DNA from: Brevinematales bacterium
Lineage (GTDB): Bacteria > Spirochaetota > Brevinematia > Brevinematales > JAOACQ01
Length of the DNA: 64,000 bases
Reading direction: 5' to 3'
Assembly (NCBI GenBank): GCA_020052515.1
Contig: JAGVOW010000064.1
Span: forward strand, 3,862-67,861
The notes beneath the pieces are model-generated. The model was not told the origin of the DNA and searched no databases. It saw nothing but the letters and a program-made list of their open reading frames with translations. Both the position numbers and the translations under genes were made by a program. Shown piece after piece: positions 45,464-54,167 of the stretch (its first letter is position 1; each line of letters starts with the position of its first letter).

Positions 45464-47149
45464 ATGATTGACTATGGGGCCTTGAAGAAAATTTCTCAGC
45501 AAAGTTCTGATTTTACAGAAACTCGTGACGGCCTTTATACTATAAAAATAAAGGGGCAATATCTCCATAGTTTTTATTCTCCCTCTAGCGAAGCAAAGAG
45601 GCTGTTAGAAGGCATCTTAGGCTTAGACAAAGAAAATACTCTGGTCATCCTCCTGGGGATTGGGCTGGGGTATCATCTGGAAATCCTGGAAAAAGCAGGC
45701 TTTCAAAATATTATTATTATTGAACGAAACCCTTATGTTTTTAAGCTTTTTCAGCAGGTTTATCAAATATCTCCAGGCCATTTCTTGATTTCCTTGGATG
45801 AAAATCCAGAAAAATTAGACAGTATTTTTTCGCTTCTGGAAATACAGAAAATAAGCCGCATCAAGACAGTTGTTTTCAGAGGAAGCTATCAAAAAGAAAT
45901 TTATCAACCCTTTGAAGAAAGAGTTGAACGGCTTCTGAAGGTAAAATTAGGGGATTTTACGACACGGTTGAAGTTTGAAGAATTGTGGTTTATCAATATT
46001 ATTAAAAATATCTCCAATTTAAAGAAAAGTTTTTTGATTCATGAGCTTTTTAATAAAAAAATGAATGCGCCAATGTTGATCGTCTCTGCCGGCCCTTCTT
46101 TAAAAAATTCACTGAATGAACTGAAAAAATTCCAGGAAAATTTTATTATTGTGGCGGTTGACACTGCTCTATTGGCCCTTTATGAGGCCGGTATAAAACC
46201 TGATTTTGTGTATTCGCTTGACTCTCAAGTGCACAATCTCCAGGATTTATCTATGATTGATAAAAAATATCTTTCTGATATCAGTTTGATTTATGATATG
46301 GTGGTGCATCCCAGTTTACCCTCTTACTTTGGTGAAAAAAACTTTGCGGCCAATACCGCTCACCTCGATTTTGATTATTATGGCAATCCTTTTTTAATAA
46401 AAAACGAGCTCGTAAATTGGATTGAAAATAGAGGCGGTTTTAGAATTGGCGATATTGAGACAGGAGGGTCTGTTTCTACATCCGCTTTTCATTTTGCTTA
46501 TCTCGCGGGGGCTAAAGCCATTATTCTTCTGGGCCAGGACCTGGCTTACTCGTTTAAAACCTCTCATTCTTCTTCAACTTCCCACTTTTACCGCTTATTA
46601 GCGAAAAACAACCGGCTTTGTCCGCTGGAATCTACTTTTATGAATATTTTGCTTGCCCGCAAGCATTTTCCAACCAAAAATATTGGAGACAATGGCGAAG
46701 TGATCACAGATTTTATTCTCAATAACTTTAGAGGATGGTTTGAAGAGTCAGCAAAAAGCATAAAAAGAATGCAGCCGGATTTTTCTTTGCTGAACGCTAC
46801 CCAGTCTGGCGCTAAAATCAAATTTTTTGAGGAAAAACCGCTTGAAGAAATTGCCTGGCAATTCCCAGAAAAACTAAATAAGAAAAAACTATTTGACTTA
46901 CATTTGATAGATTTTAATAAAATCGATAAAATTATGCATCAGGTTTCCGGATTGCAGGAATTTATTAAAAGCATTGAGATAAAGCCGGATTTGTTTCAGA
47001 AGATCGCTTCTTCTGAATGGGCTTTTTTAAACCGTTATTTTATGCGGGAAAGTGTTTTGTTTGATAAATACGAAAACTTTGAAAAAGCCGCGGTAGAAAG
47101 GAAAATATTCCGGCTTCTAAAAAACCTGGAAGGAATTGTTTATGGCTGA
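45464..47149 (+). CDS. DUF115/MptE-like (motility-accessory-factor-like) protein
   Basis: The central region LIVSAGPSLKNSLNELKKFQENFIIVAVDTALLALYEAGIKPDFVYSLDSQ is the pattern I associate with the DUF115 (Maf/MptE-like) family. 561 aa. Confidence 0.65.
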   Translation: MIDYGALKKISQQSSDFTETRDGLYTIKIKGQYLHSFYSPSSEAKRLLEGILGLDKENTLVILLGIGLGYHLEILEKAGFQNIIIIERNPYVFKLFQQVYQISPGHFLISLDENPEKLDSIFSLLEIQKISRIKTVVFRGSYQKEIYQPFEERVERLLKVKLGDFTTRLKFEELWFINIIKNISNLKKSFLIHELFNKKMNAPMLIVSAGPSLKNSLNELKKFQENFIIVAVDTALLALYEAGIKPDFVYSLDSQVHNLQDLSMIDKKYLSDISLIYDMVVHPSLPSYFGEKNFAANTAHLDFDYYGNPFLIKNELVNWIENRGGFRIGDIETGGSVSTSAFHFAYLAGAKAIILLGQDLAYSFKTSHSSSTSHFYRLLAKNNRLCPLESTFMNILLARKHFPTKNIGDNGEVITDFILNNFRGWFEESAKSIKRMQPDFSLLNATQSGAKIKFFEEKPLEEIAWQFPEKLNKKKLFDLHLIDFNKIDKIMHQVSGLQEFIKSIEIKPDLFQKIASSEWAFLNRYFMRESVLFDKYENFEKAAVERKIFRLLKNLEGIVYG

Positions 47150-47855
47150 AGAAAGAATAATGGATGAGATTGAAGAGAATATTTTTATTATTTACGGCCA
47201 AAAGCCGAACTCCCATTCTTATTTGATCAAGGGGCTCTATAAAAATGTTTTGATCGATCCTGGCACAAAAGCAAATTTTACCCGGCTAGTCCAGGCTGTA
47301 GGAAGCGTAGGTCTGAAAGTAAGCGACATTCAGATGGTGATCTGCACTCACGAGCATTATGACCACATTGGTGGGATTGGTTTTTTTTATGAGACAGCCA
47401 TCATTGCCGCGGACCGTTTCGCGGCTACTAAGATCGAACTGGAAGATGAATATGTGATTCATGCGGCAGTGCATGGAGAAGAAAGTATCAAAACAAAAAT
47501 AAATATATGGCTGGAAAATCGAATGCTTTTTGATTTTGGGAATTACAAACTCAAAGTCCTTCATACACCAGGGCACACTTCCGGCTGTATTTGTCTATAT
47601 GAACCATTTAAGAGATTTATGTTTACCGGAGACACCCTTTTTGCCAACGGCGTTATTTCAAAAATTTCGGATTCCGGAAGCTTTGGGGATTATATCAATT
47701 CATTAGAAAGGCTGGCGACCTACCGTACGAGAAGAATGTTTCCCGGACATGGTGTTATCTGTGAAAACCCGGAAGAATCATTGATAGTGTCTATAAAAAA
47801 CGCGAAAGAAAAACTAAAATCTTACACCGAAGGGCTGAGAAAAAATAAGGGGTAG
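47142..47855 (+). CDS. MBL-fold metallo-hydrolase
   Basis: HxHxDH motif THEHYDHIGG, and a later HTPGHT. ATG 47142 overlaps the upstream stop region; TTG 47136 is also possible. Confidence 0.8.
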   Translation: MAEERIMDEIEENIFIIYGQKPNSHSYLIKGLYKNVLIDPGTKANFTRLVQAVGSVGLKVSDIQMVICTHEHYDHIGGIGFFYETAIIAADRFAATKIELEDEYVIHAAVHGEESIKTKINIWLENRMLFDFGNYKLKVLHTPGHTSGCICLYEPFKRFMFTGDTLFANGVISKISDSGSFGDYINSLERLATYRTRRMFPGHGVICENPEESLIVSIKNAKEKLKSYTEGLRKNKG

Positions 47856-47864
47856 CTGTTCAGC

Positions 47865-47912
47865 CGCCTCATCCCCCCGACCCCCTTCTCCATTGTGACG
47901 GAGAAGGGGGAG
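47865..47912. repeat. Family A palindromic element, left-arm copy (A4)
   Basis: Sequence CGCCTCATCCCCCCGACCCCCTTCTCCATTGTGACGGAGAAGGGGGAG. It has an 11-bp stem (47881-47891 with 47900-47910) and begins 10 nt after the MBL stop. The flank AGAAATGTAAACGG resembles AGATAAACGG after A1. Confidence 0.85.
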
Positions 47913-47932
47913 AAATGTAAACGGAGTGGAAA

Positions 47933-48673
47933 ATGGAGAAAATAAAACCGCTTATTTGTTTCTGTATTTTTGTTTTTTTGGTAAAGGCAGCCCTTTTTTC
48001 TTCTGCATTAGACATTCCGGAACTTGAGAAATTAGCGGTTCAATATCAAGACTCAAGGATGTTTTATAATCTAGGAGTAAGCTACGCTAATACTAACAAT
48101 GTGGGCAGGGCTGTTTTAAATTTGAAGAGGGCTTATCTGTTAAATAATAACGACAAAACCGCTTTCAATATTTTAAATGATCTTCGAAGTTCTATCGGCG
48201 TTCCTCCTTATTGGTTTGAGGTTTCCCCGCTGGAAAAAGCGGCTTTGCTGCCGTTTACTTTTTTCAGTTTAAATGGAGGATTTTTACTCGGATTTCTTTT
48301 CCTCCTCTGGGGAAGTTTTGGTCTTTCTGTGGTTTTATCGAGGATTTTACCTGTTAATTTCCAAAAACACAAAGATATTATACTAAAAACTTCGATATTT
48401 TTGTTTATTTTTGGTATTTTGTATTTATTTTTTTCCATTCTTCGATATCAGAGCACTTTTGATAAAAAGAACGCAGTTGTCATAAAAAACGAGGCCCTTT
48501 TTGAAACGCCGGGTGGAAAGGCTAGAAAACTGAAAGATCTGCCGGCTGGAATGGAATGTGCCATTCGCGAAGAAAGTAGCGGGTTTTACTTAATTCGAAC
48601 CATTCAGGGACAGGAAGGATGGGTGGAAAAAAATGGGGTGGAAAAATTGTGGAATGGATTCGAGGGAGATTAA
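47933..48673 (+). CDS. Membrane protein with an N-terminal TPR region and a C-terminal SH3b-like domain (BatE-like layout)
   Basis: Signal or anchor sequence. A TPR-like stretch YNLGVSYANTNNVGRAVLNLKRAYLLNNND. Two or three TM helices. The C-terminus AVVIKNEALFETPGG...GFYLIRTIQGQEGWVEKNGV resembles bacterial SH3. Confidence 0.55.
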   Translation: MEKIKPLICFCIFVFLVKAALFSSALDIPELEKLAVQYQDSRMFYNLGVSYANTNNVGRAVLNLKRAYLLNNNDKTAFNILNDLRSSIGVPPYWFEVSPLEKAALLPFTFFSLNGGFLLGFLFLLWGSFGLSVVLSRILPVNFQKHKDIILKTSIFLFIFGILYLFFSILRYQSTFDKKNAVVIKNEALFETPGGKARKLKDLPAGMECAIREESSGFYLIRTIQGQEGWVEKNGVEKLWNGFEGD

Positions 48674-50107
48674 ATGCAGGCTAATTTATTAGAATTCCTG
48701 AAATCAATGAAGATGGAAGACAATTTACTGATTCCTTTTCTGGGTCTGATTTTATTGTTCTTATCGACTTTTATTTTTTTTATTGTCCGTTCTTTGTTTT
48801 TCCAGGAATCTTTAGAACGGAAAATTTACAAGAAGGCACATCATAAAGAATATTCCGAAGTGATCCGGCTGGCAAATGATTTTCTGGAGAACAATCAAAA
48901 GCAGAAAAAATCCAATAGCCTTTTGATTTTGTATTATCTGGGAATGGCGTATGAAGCTACCAGTTCATTTTCCAATGCCCTCAAATGCTATCTGGACGCG
49001 GGAATGCTGGCGGTAAAAAGCAAAAAGCTTTATCACTCGATACTGCTTCATACGGCAAAATCATATAACGAAATCGGCAAATCAAAAGAAGCACTGGCTT
49101 ATTATTTGATGCTTTTGGAGCAGGATAGTTCTAATATTGAGGCCCTTTACGATCTGGCGAAATTCCATTATCAAAATAAAAACGGTAAGAAAGCCCGGGG
49201 TTATCTGGAAAAGCTTTTAAAAAAGCGTCCGGGGCTATTGGACGCGAGGTTGATTTACGGTAAGATATTTCTAGAAAGCGGGGCCTATTCCTCTGCCTTA
49301 AAGCAATTTGAGCTCTTGAAGAAGTATGACAGGGATAATTTTGAGGTTCATTACTATCGGGCAAAAACATTGGAAAATTTGAAGCGGTACTCAGACGCGG
49401 TAAAGAATTATCAATGGATTTTATCGCAGGATTGGGCTCCGTCTGATCAAATCGATATTCAAAAAGCACAGGAAGAATGTAAAATTTCGGTCATTAATCT
49501 TTACATTAAGGTCAAAGATTATCAAAACGGCATTCGTTTTGTTTCCGAGTACCTGGGAAAACCCGGCAATGATGAGACAAAAATAGAGCTGATTTATCTT
49601 TACGCGAATCTTCTCTGGAATAGCGGCGAGGAATATCAGGCTTTGAAGAATTTTGAGCGGATTTACAAGATAAAATCGGATTACAAAGATGTTTCCATTA
49701 TCTATGAGCGCTATAAGAAAATATTGCCCCAAAATTACTTAGCGCGCTATTTTACAAGCGATGAGGAAAGTGAGAGGAACAATTTTGACGGCGTCTGCAG
49801 GAGAATCCTGGGAAAACATCAATTCAATCTCTTATACAAACATTCTGACTTTTATATCTACTCAAAAGGGGTTTTTTATATCATTTTTTATCGCCACATA
49901 GAACCGATCGCGTTCAGCAAGCTCACTGATATAGAAGTGATTTTGAATAGCTATAAAGTAAAGTCGCAAAACGCTGAAATTTATTCACTTTCCGGTGTGC
50001 GGGAAGACGCTGTAACCCATTTTCTCCTGAAAAACGCCCGCTTGATAGAAGGGGAAGAATTTATTATGACTTTGAAAAAGCTTTATCTTAGGGAAGGGCA
50101 GGTGTGA
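48674..50107 (+). CDS. TM-anchored TPR protein with a C-terminal restriction-endonuclease-like (Mrr_cat-like) region
   Basis: An N-terminal TM helix, then multiple TPR-like repeats (residues 80-350). See the finding covering 48674-50107 for the C-terminal region. Confidence 0.6.
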   Translation: MQANLLEFLKSMKMEDNLLIPFLGLILLFLSTFIFFIVRSLFFQESLERKIYKKAHHKEYSEVIRLANDFLENNQKQKKSNSLLILYYLGMAYEATSSFSNALKCYLDAGMLAVKSKKLYHSILLHTAKSYNEIGKSKEALAYYLMLLEQDSSNIEALYDLAKFHYQNKNGKKARGYLEKLLKKRPGLLDARLIYGKIFLESGAYSSALKQFELLKKYDRDNFEVHYYRAKTLENLKRYSDAVKNYQWILSQDWAPSDQIDIQKAQEECKISVINLYIKVKDYQNGIRFVSEYLGKPGNDETKIELIYLYANLLWNSGEEYQALKNFERIYKIKSDYKDVSIIYERYKKILPQNYLARYFTSDEESERNNFDGVCRRILGKHQFNLLYKHSDFYIYSKGVFYIIFYRHIEPIAFSKLTDIEVILNSYKVKSQNAEIYSLSGVREDAVTHFLLKNARLIEGEEFIMTLKKLYLREGQV

Positions 50108-50110
50108 ACT

Positions 50111-51916
50111 ATGGTTGAAATAGCTCAGCTCGGAATAATTGGAAACTGCCGAAGCGCGGCACTAATTTCAAAAGAAGGGTCAATAGTCTGGGCCTGTATG
50201 CCTGACTTTGACTCACCATCAATATTTGCTAGAATATTAGACGAAGAAGCGGGAGGGGAATTTTGCTTTGTGCCGGATGAAGGAACGGCTGTTTCTCAGT
50301 CTTATGTTGACCGGACAAATATCCTTCGCACGCTTTTCGAAGGGCATTCCGGCAGTTTTGAAGTGCTGGACTTTATGCCGCTTTACCATATCGATGAACA
50401 ATCCTACTACAACGCGCCGGAAATCTACAGGCTGATTCATATCCTTCACGGCAATCCAGTGATTAAAGTCCGGTACCAGCCGAAGCTCAATTATAATCAA
50501 AACCCCACCCAATCTTTTATCTATAATGAAACCATAAAAAGCAATACTGTAAAAGGTGAATACCATTCCGTTTATCTTTATTCCAGCTTGCCTTTAGAAG
50601 ACATTATGAACGAGCGCCCGATAACATTGACTCAAAACGTCTTTTTCTTGGTTAGTTATCACCAAAAACTCATTTCAATCGATCTCGAGAGGGTAGAGCT
50701 GGAATTTGAGAGAACAAAGGTTTACTGGATGAATTGGGTAAACCGCACGGCGGTTTACCCGCTTTATCAGAAAGAAATAATTCGAAGCGCGCTGGCATTA
50801 AAGCTTCTGACTTATCAGAAAACCGGAGCGGTAATAGCCGCGGTTACCACTTCTTTACCCGAAAGCATTGGGGAAAACCGGAACTGGGATTACCGTTATT
50901 GCTGGCTGCGGGACGCTTCTATGATCATCCAGACCCTCACTAAAATTCATCACCGGAATACGGCGCGGGATTTTCTCCGCTTTCTACTGAATACCCTCAT
51001 TGACAAAGCTGAAACTCTCCAAATTCTCTACAGCGTCCGGGGAGAGAAAGAATTGACGGAAAGAAAATTGCCCCATTTAAAGGGCTATAAAAATTCTCAT
51101 CCGGTGCGTGTCGGTAATGCCGCTTATGTCCAGAAGCAGAATGATATTTACGGGGTATTGATGGACCTGATTTACCTCTGTTTTTGCCAATTTCCAGGCC
51201 ACCTGAATGAAGCGGAAGAACTCTGGACTACCGTCCGGTTTATTATGAAAACAGTTGAGGACAACTGGTATAAGCCGGATAGAAGTATCTGGGAAATCCG
51301 CAAAGAGCATAAACATTTTGTTTTCTCAAAGGTTTTGTCCTGGATGGCCGCCGATCGTGGTGTAATGATCGCCGAAATGTTCAACCGCGAAGATTATATT
51401 ACACCATGGTCAGAGCTGAGGGACAGCATTCGGAGGGACATTGAGTTAAAAGGATGGAATCCCGAAAAGCAGGCCTTCACGCAAACTTACGACAGCGCCG
51501 AGCTGGATGCTTCCGTACTTTTGATGGAGAAAGTCGGCTTTTGCAATGCCAGCGATCCCCGATACATCAGCACGGTACGAACTATTTACCAAGAATTATC
51601 TAGAAATGGTTTGATGTACCGCTATAAAAATAGAGATGATTTTGGGAAGCCACAGTCGGCTTTTATTATCTGCACATTTTGGATGATTGAGAGCCTTTAT
51701 AAAATTGGGGAGAAAGGAACCGCGGTGAAATTGTTTGATGATCTGCTTAAATCGGCAAACCATCTGGGTCTTTTTAGCGAAGATATGGATTTCGAGACCC
51801 ATGAACTGCTGGGAAACTTTCCTCAGGGGTATTCACATCTTGAATTAATCAATACGGCAATTCTCCTGAACGGGGACGGGGAAGAAAAAAGTCCATTCCG
51901 TCCTATCCAGCCCTGA
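50111..51916 (+). CDS. Glycoside hydrolase family 15 (glucoamylase/trehalase-type)
   Basis: N-terminal GIIGNCRSAALISKEGSIVWACMPDFDSPSIFARIL. The catalytic-domain motif is GENRNWDYRYCWLRDAS. About 600 aa, typical of bacterial GH15. Confidence 0.88.
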   Translation: MVEIAQLGIIGNCRSAALISKEGSIVWACMPDFDSPSIFARILDEEAGGEFCFVPDEGTAVSQSYVDRTNILRTLFEGHSGSFEVLDFMPLYHIDEQSYYNAPEIYRLIHILHGNPVIKVRYQPKLNYNQNPTQSFIYNETIKSNTVKGEYHSVYLYSSLPLEDIMNERPITLTQNVFFLVSYHQKLISIDLERVELEFERTKVYWMNWVNRTAVYPLYQKEIIRSALALKLLTYQKTGAVIAAVTTSLPESIGENRNWDYRYCWLRDASMIIQTLTKIHHRNTARDFLRFLLNTLIDKAETLQILYSVRGEKELTERKLPHLKGYKNSHPVRVGNAAYVQKQNDIYGVLMDLIYLCFCQFPGHLNEAEELWTTVRFIMKTVEDNWYKPDRSIWEIRKEHKHFVFSKVLSWMAADRGVMIAEMFNREDYITPWSELRDSIRRDIELKGWNPEKQAFTQTYDSAELDASVLLMEKVGFCNASDPRYISTVRTIYQELSRNGLMYRYKNRDDFGKPQSAFIICTFWMIESLYKIGEKGTAVKLFDDLLKSANHLGLFSEDMDFETHELLGNFPQGYSHLELINTAILLNGDGEEKSPFRPIQP

Positions 51917-51925
51917 CAAATTGCT

Positions 51926-54157
51926 TTAGCTTCTCTTAAAATATTCGAATATTTTCTGAAATAAACCTTTTCTGTAGCCGGACATTTTTTCTATAATTTC
52001 TAGAAACTCATCGGTTGATTCCAGATAATAATGGGCAAATGACTTCTGCCTGCCTATTTTGATAGTATAGGCTTCCTCTGGAAGCGCTTGAAACAGGAGT
52101 TCGTCGGTGTGATCATCCCCGGCGGCCAGTATGAATCCGTAATCCTGTCCGGACAGGAGCTGCCTGGCCGCTTCGCCTTTATTGACTCCGGAGCATTTTA
52201 TTTCTACCACCTTATTTCCCATCAAAACTTCAATATCGTTGCGGGCTGTAAATTGTACCATGTCATCGACAAATTCCTTAACCCGCAGGCCGGCAAGGGA
52301 ATAATCCGAATTCCGAAAATGCCAGACAACACTGTATTCCTTTTCTTCAATGGTCGAGTAGGGCAGTCTGTCTTTGTAGTTTTCTAATATCTGAATAATT
52401 CTGGGTTTCCAATCGTTTTTGAGTTCCCGGCTGAGTTTCCATTCTTTTTTTGGTTTCTTGATCCAGACTCCATGTTCCGCTACTAAAGTAATCGGGTACC
52501 TGTCGTACCAATTTTCCAGTTCTTTTTTATTTCTCCCGCTGATAATAACAATGTCGACTCCTGACTGTTCTGACAGTAGCCGAATAATCTCAAGCAATTT
52601 CTTCCCTGGAACCGCGCCCGATGGTTTATCAGCAAAAGGCACAAGCGTACCGTCATAATCCAGAAATAAAATTTTTCTATCGGTCTTATTGTATTGGTCA
52701 AAAAGTTTTTCCAATTCGTTCTCTTCCAAACGCAAAGTTCCATACTTCTTTTGTTCTTCCTTCGTTTTTGCCAGTTCCTCGAAAAAATCAGAAGCCCATT
52801 TTTTAACATCATGCTTTTTCAACCGCTCCTGCATAGCCGTAACGCGCCTGGCCTGTTCTTCAAGCGGCATTTCCAGAGCGATTTTGATCGCTTCCGTTAT
52901 TTCTTCCCGGTTGTTTGGATTAATAATCAAAGCTTCTCCAAGTTCCATGGCGGCTCCAGCCATCTCGCTTAGAATTAGAACTCCTTTTTTTTCTTTCTGC
53001 GCCGCGACATACTCTTTTGCTACCAGATTCATCCCATCCCTCAGGGGGGTTACCAGTCCGGCGTCGCTGATGTTATAAAGGGCCACCAGCTGCTCAAAAG
53101 GAATGGCCCTGTATTGATAAATAACAGGTGTCCAGTGAATATTCCCATAATCCCCGTTGATTTTTCCGATAAGTTGATTAATAATGTCCTTTTCCTTTTG
53201 ATAGTGTTCCACTCCAATTCTCGAAGGCACCACAATCATAATCAAAGAAACTTTCTGATGCCAGGCCGGATTGTTTTTTAAAAACAGCTCATAACCTTCC
53301 AGCCGCTTTAATATTCCCTTGGTATAGTCCTGGCGGTCAACGGAAAAAATGATTTTCAGATTTTGAAGCCCTTTTTTTAACAAAGCCTTTTCCCGGTTTA
53401 CTGAAGCAAGATTGGCGGCTTTGTAATACTTATCAAAGTCAATTCCCATTGGAAAAGTGTCGGCTTTTGTCAATTTGTGCTCTAAAGCGAGCATTCCCAT
53501 GTTATGATTAAACCCTAATATACGGAGGACACAACGTAGAAAATACTGCGTATAATCGTAGGTGTGAAAACCAATCAGATCGGCGTCTAAAAGTCCCTGC
53601 AGAATCTCCTTCCCCCATTTTCTTGGAAGCAGTCGGAACATTTCATGGGAAGGAAAGGGTATGTGCAAAAAAAAGCCGATAGAAACATCCGGCTGTTTTT
53701 CCCGGATCAATTGAGGGACTAGCATGAGATGATAATCCTGTATCCAGAGAACATCATCCGGCTGGATTATCTTTAAAACAGCTTCCGCGAAAATGGCATT
53801 GACCTCTTTGTAATTTTCCCACATTTTCTCATCATAGACCGTCAAATAAGGAAAATAATGAAATAGCGGCCAGATTGTTTTATTGCAGAAGCCATTGTAA
53901 AACAGGTCCATGGTTTTTTCTTCGACAAAAACAGGCAGAGAATGATAATTTTTACACAATTCTTCTTCCACCGCTTGCCGGTCGTTGTAGTTTGACCCTC
54001 CCGGCCAGCCAATCCAGAGATAATTTTTGTCTTTTAAAGTGGCCAGATAAGCGCTTATACCGGTAACCAGGCCTCCGCTGCTGGATTTGACAATTACCGA
54101 GTTGTTTTCTTCTGTAACAGTTGCCTGAAGGCGGTTGGATAATATCAGCAAACGCAA
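51926..54157 (-). CDS. otsA: Fused trehalose-6-phosphate synthase / trehalose-6-phosphate phosphatase (GT20 + HAD)
   Basis: GT20 motifs SGGLVTG, IWIQDYHLMLVP, GFFLHIPFPS and LRDGMNLVAKEY. The C-terminal HAD motif is LFLDYDGTLVPF...GDDHTDE. The start is reassigned to TTG 54157 with an AAGGAG RBS that overlaps the nhaD stop. The track ATG 54256 would overlap nhaD by 89 nt. Confidence 0.9.
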   Translation of the reverse strand: MRLLILSNRLQATVTEENNSVIVKSSSGGLVTGISAYLATLKDKNYLWIGWPGGSNYNDRQAVEEELCKNYHSLPVFVEEKTMDLFYNGFCNKTIWPLFHYFPYLTVYDEKMWENYKEVNAIFAEAVLKIIQPDDVLWIQDYHLMLVPQLIREKQPDVSIGFFLHIPFPSHEMFRLLPRKWGKEILQGLLDADLIGFHTYDYTQYFLRCVLRILGFNHNMGMLALEHKLTKADTFPMGIDFDKYYKAANLASVNREKALLKKGLQNLKIIFSVDRQDYTKGILKRLEGYELFLKNNPAWHQKVSLIMIVVPSRIGVEHYQKEKDIINQLIGKINGDYGNIHWTPVIYQYRAIPFEQLVALYNISDAGLVTPLRDGMNLVAKEYVAAQKEKKGVLILSEMAGAAMELGEALIINPNNREEITEAIKIALEMPLEEQARRVTAMQERLKKHDVKKWASDFFEELAKTKEEQKKYGTLRLEENELEKLFDQYNKTDRKILFLDYDGTLVPFADKPSGAVPGKKLLEIIRLLSEQSGVDIVIISGRNKKELENWYDRYPITLVAEHGVWIKKPKKEWKLSRELKNDWKPRIIQILENYKDRLPYSTIEEKEYSVVWHFRNSDYSLAGLRVKEFVDDMVQFTARNDIEVLMGNKVVEIKCSGVNKGEAARQLLSGQDYGFILAAGDDHTDELLFQALPEEAYTIKIGRQKSFAHYYLESTDEFLEIIEKMSGYRKGLFQKIFEYFKRS

Positions 54158-54167
54158 GATTTTCTCC

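Noticed and set aside
52088-53078. A cluster of plus-strand ORFs (61-129 aa) and alternative-frame minus-strand ORFs within otsA-otsB
   Set aside because: They all overlap a 744-aa ORF that carries GT20 and HAD motifs end to end. None has start signals or motifs. The same applies to the 35192-35581 and 34835-35128 ORFs inside glgB.
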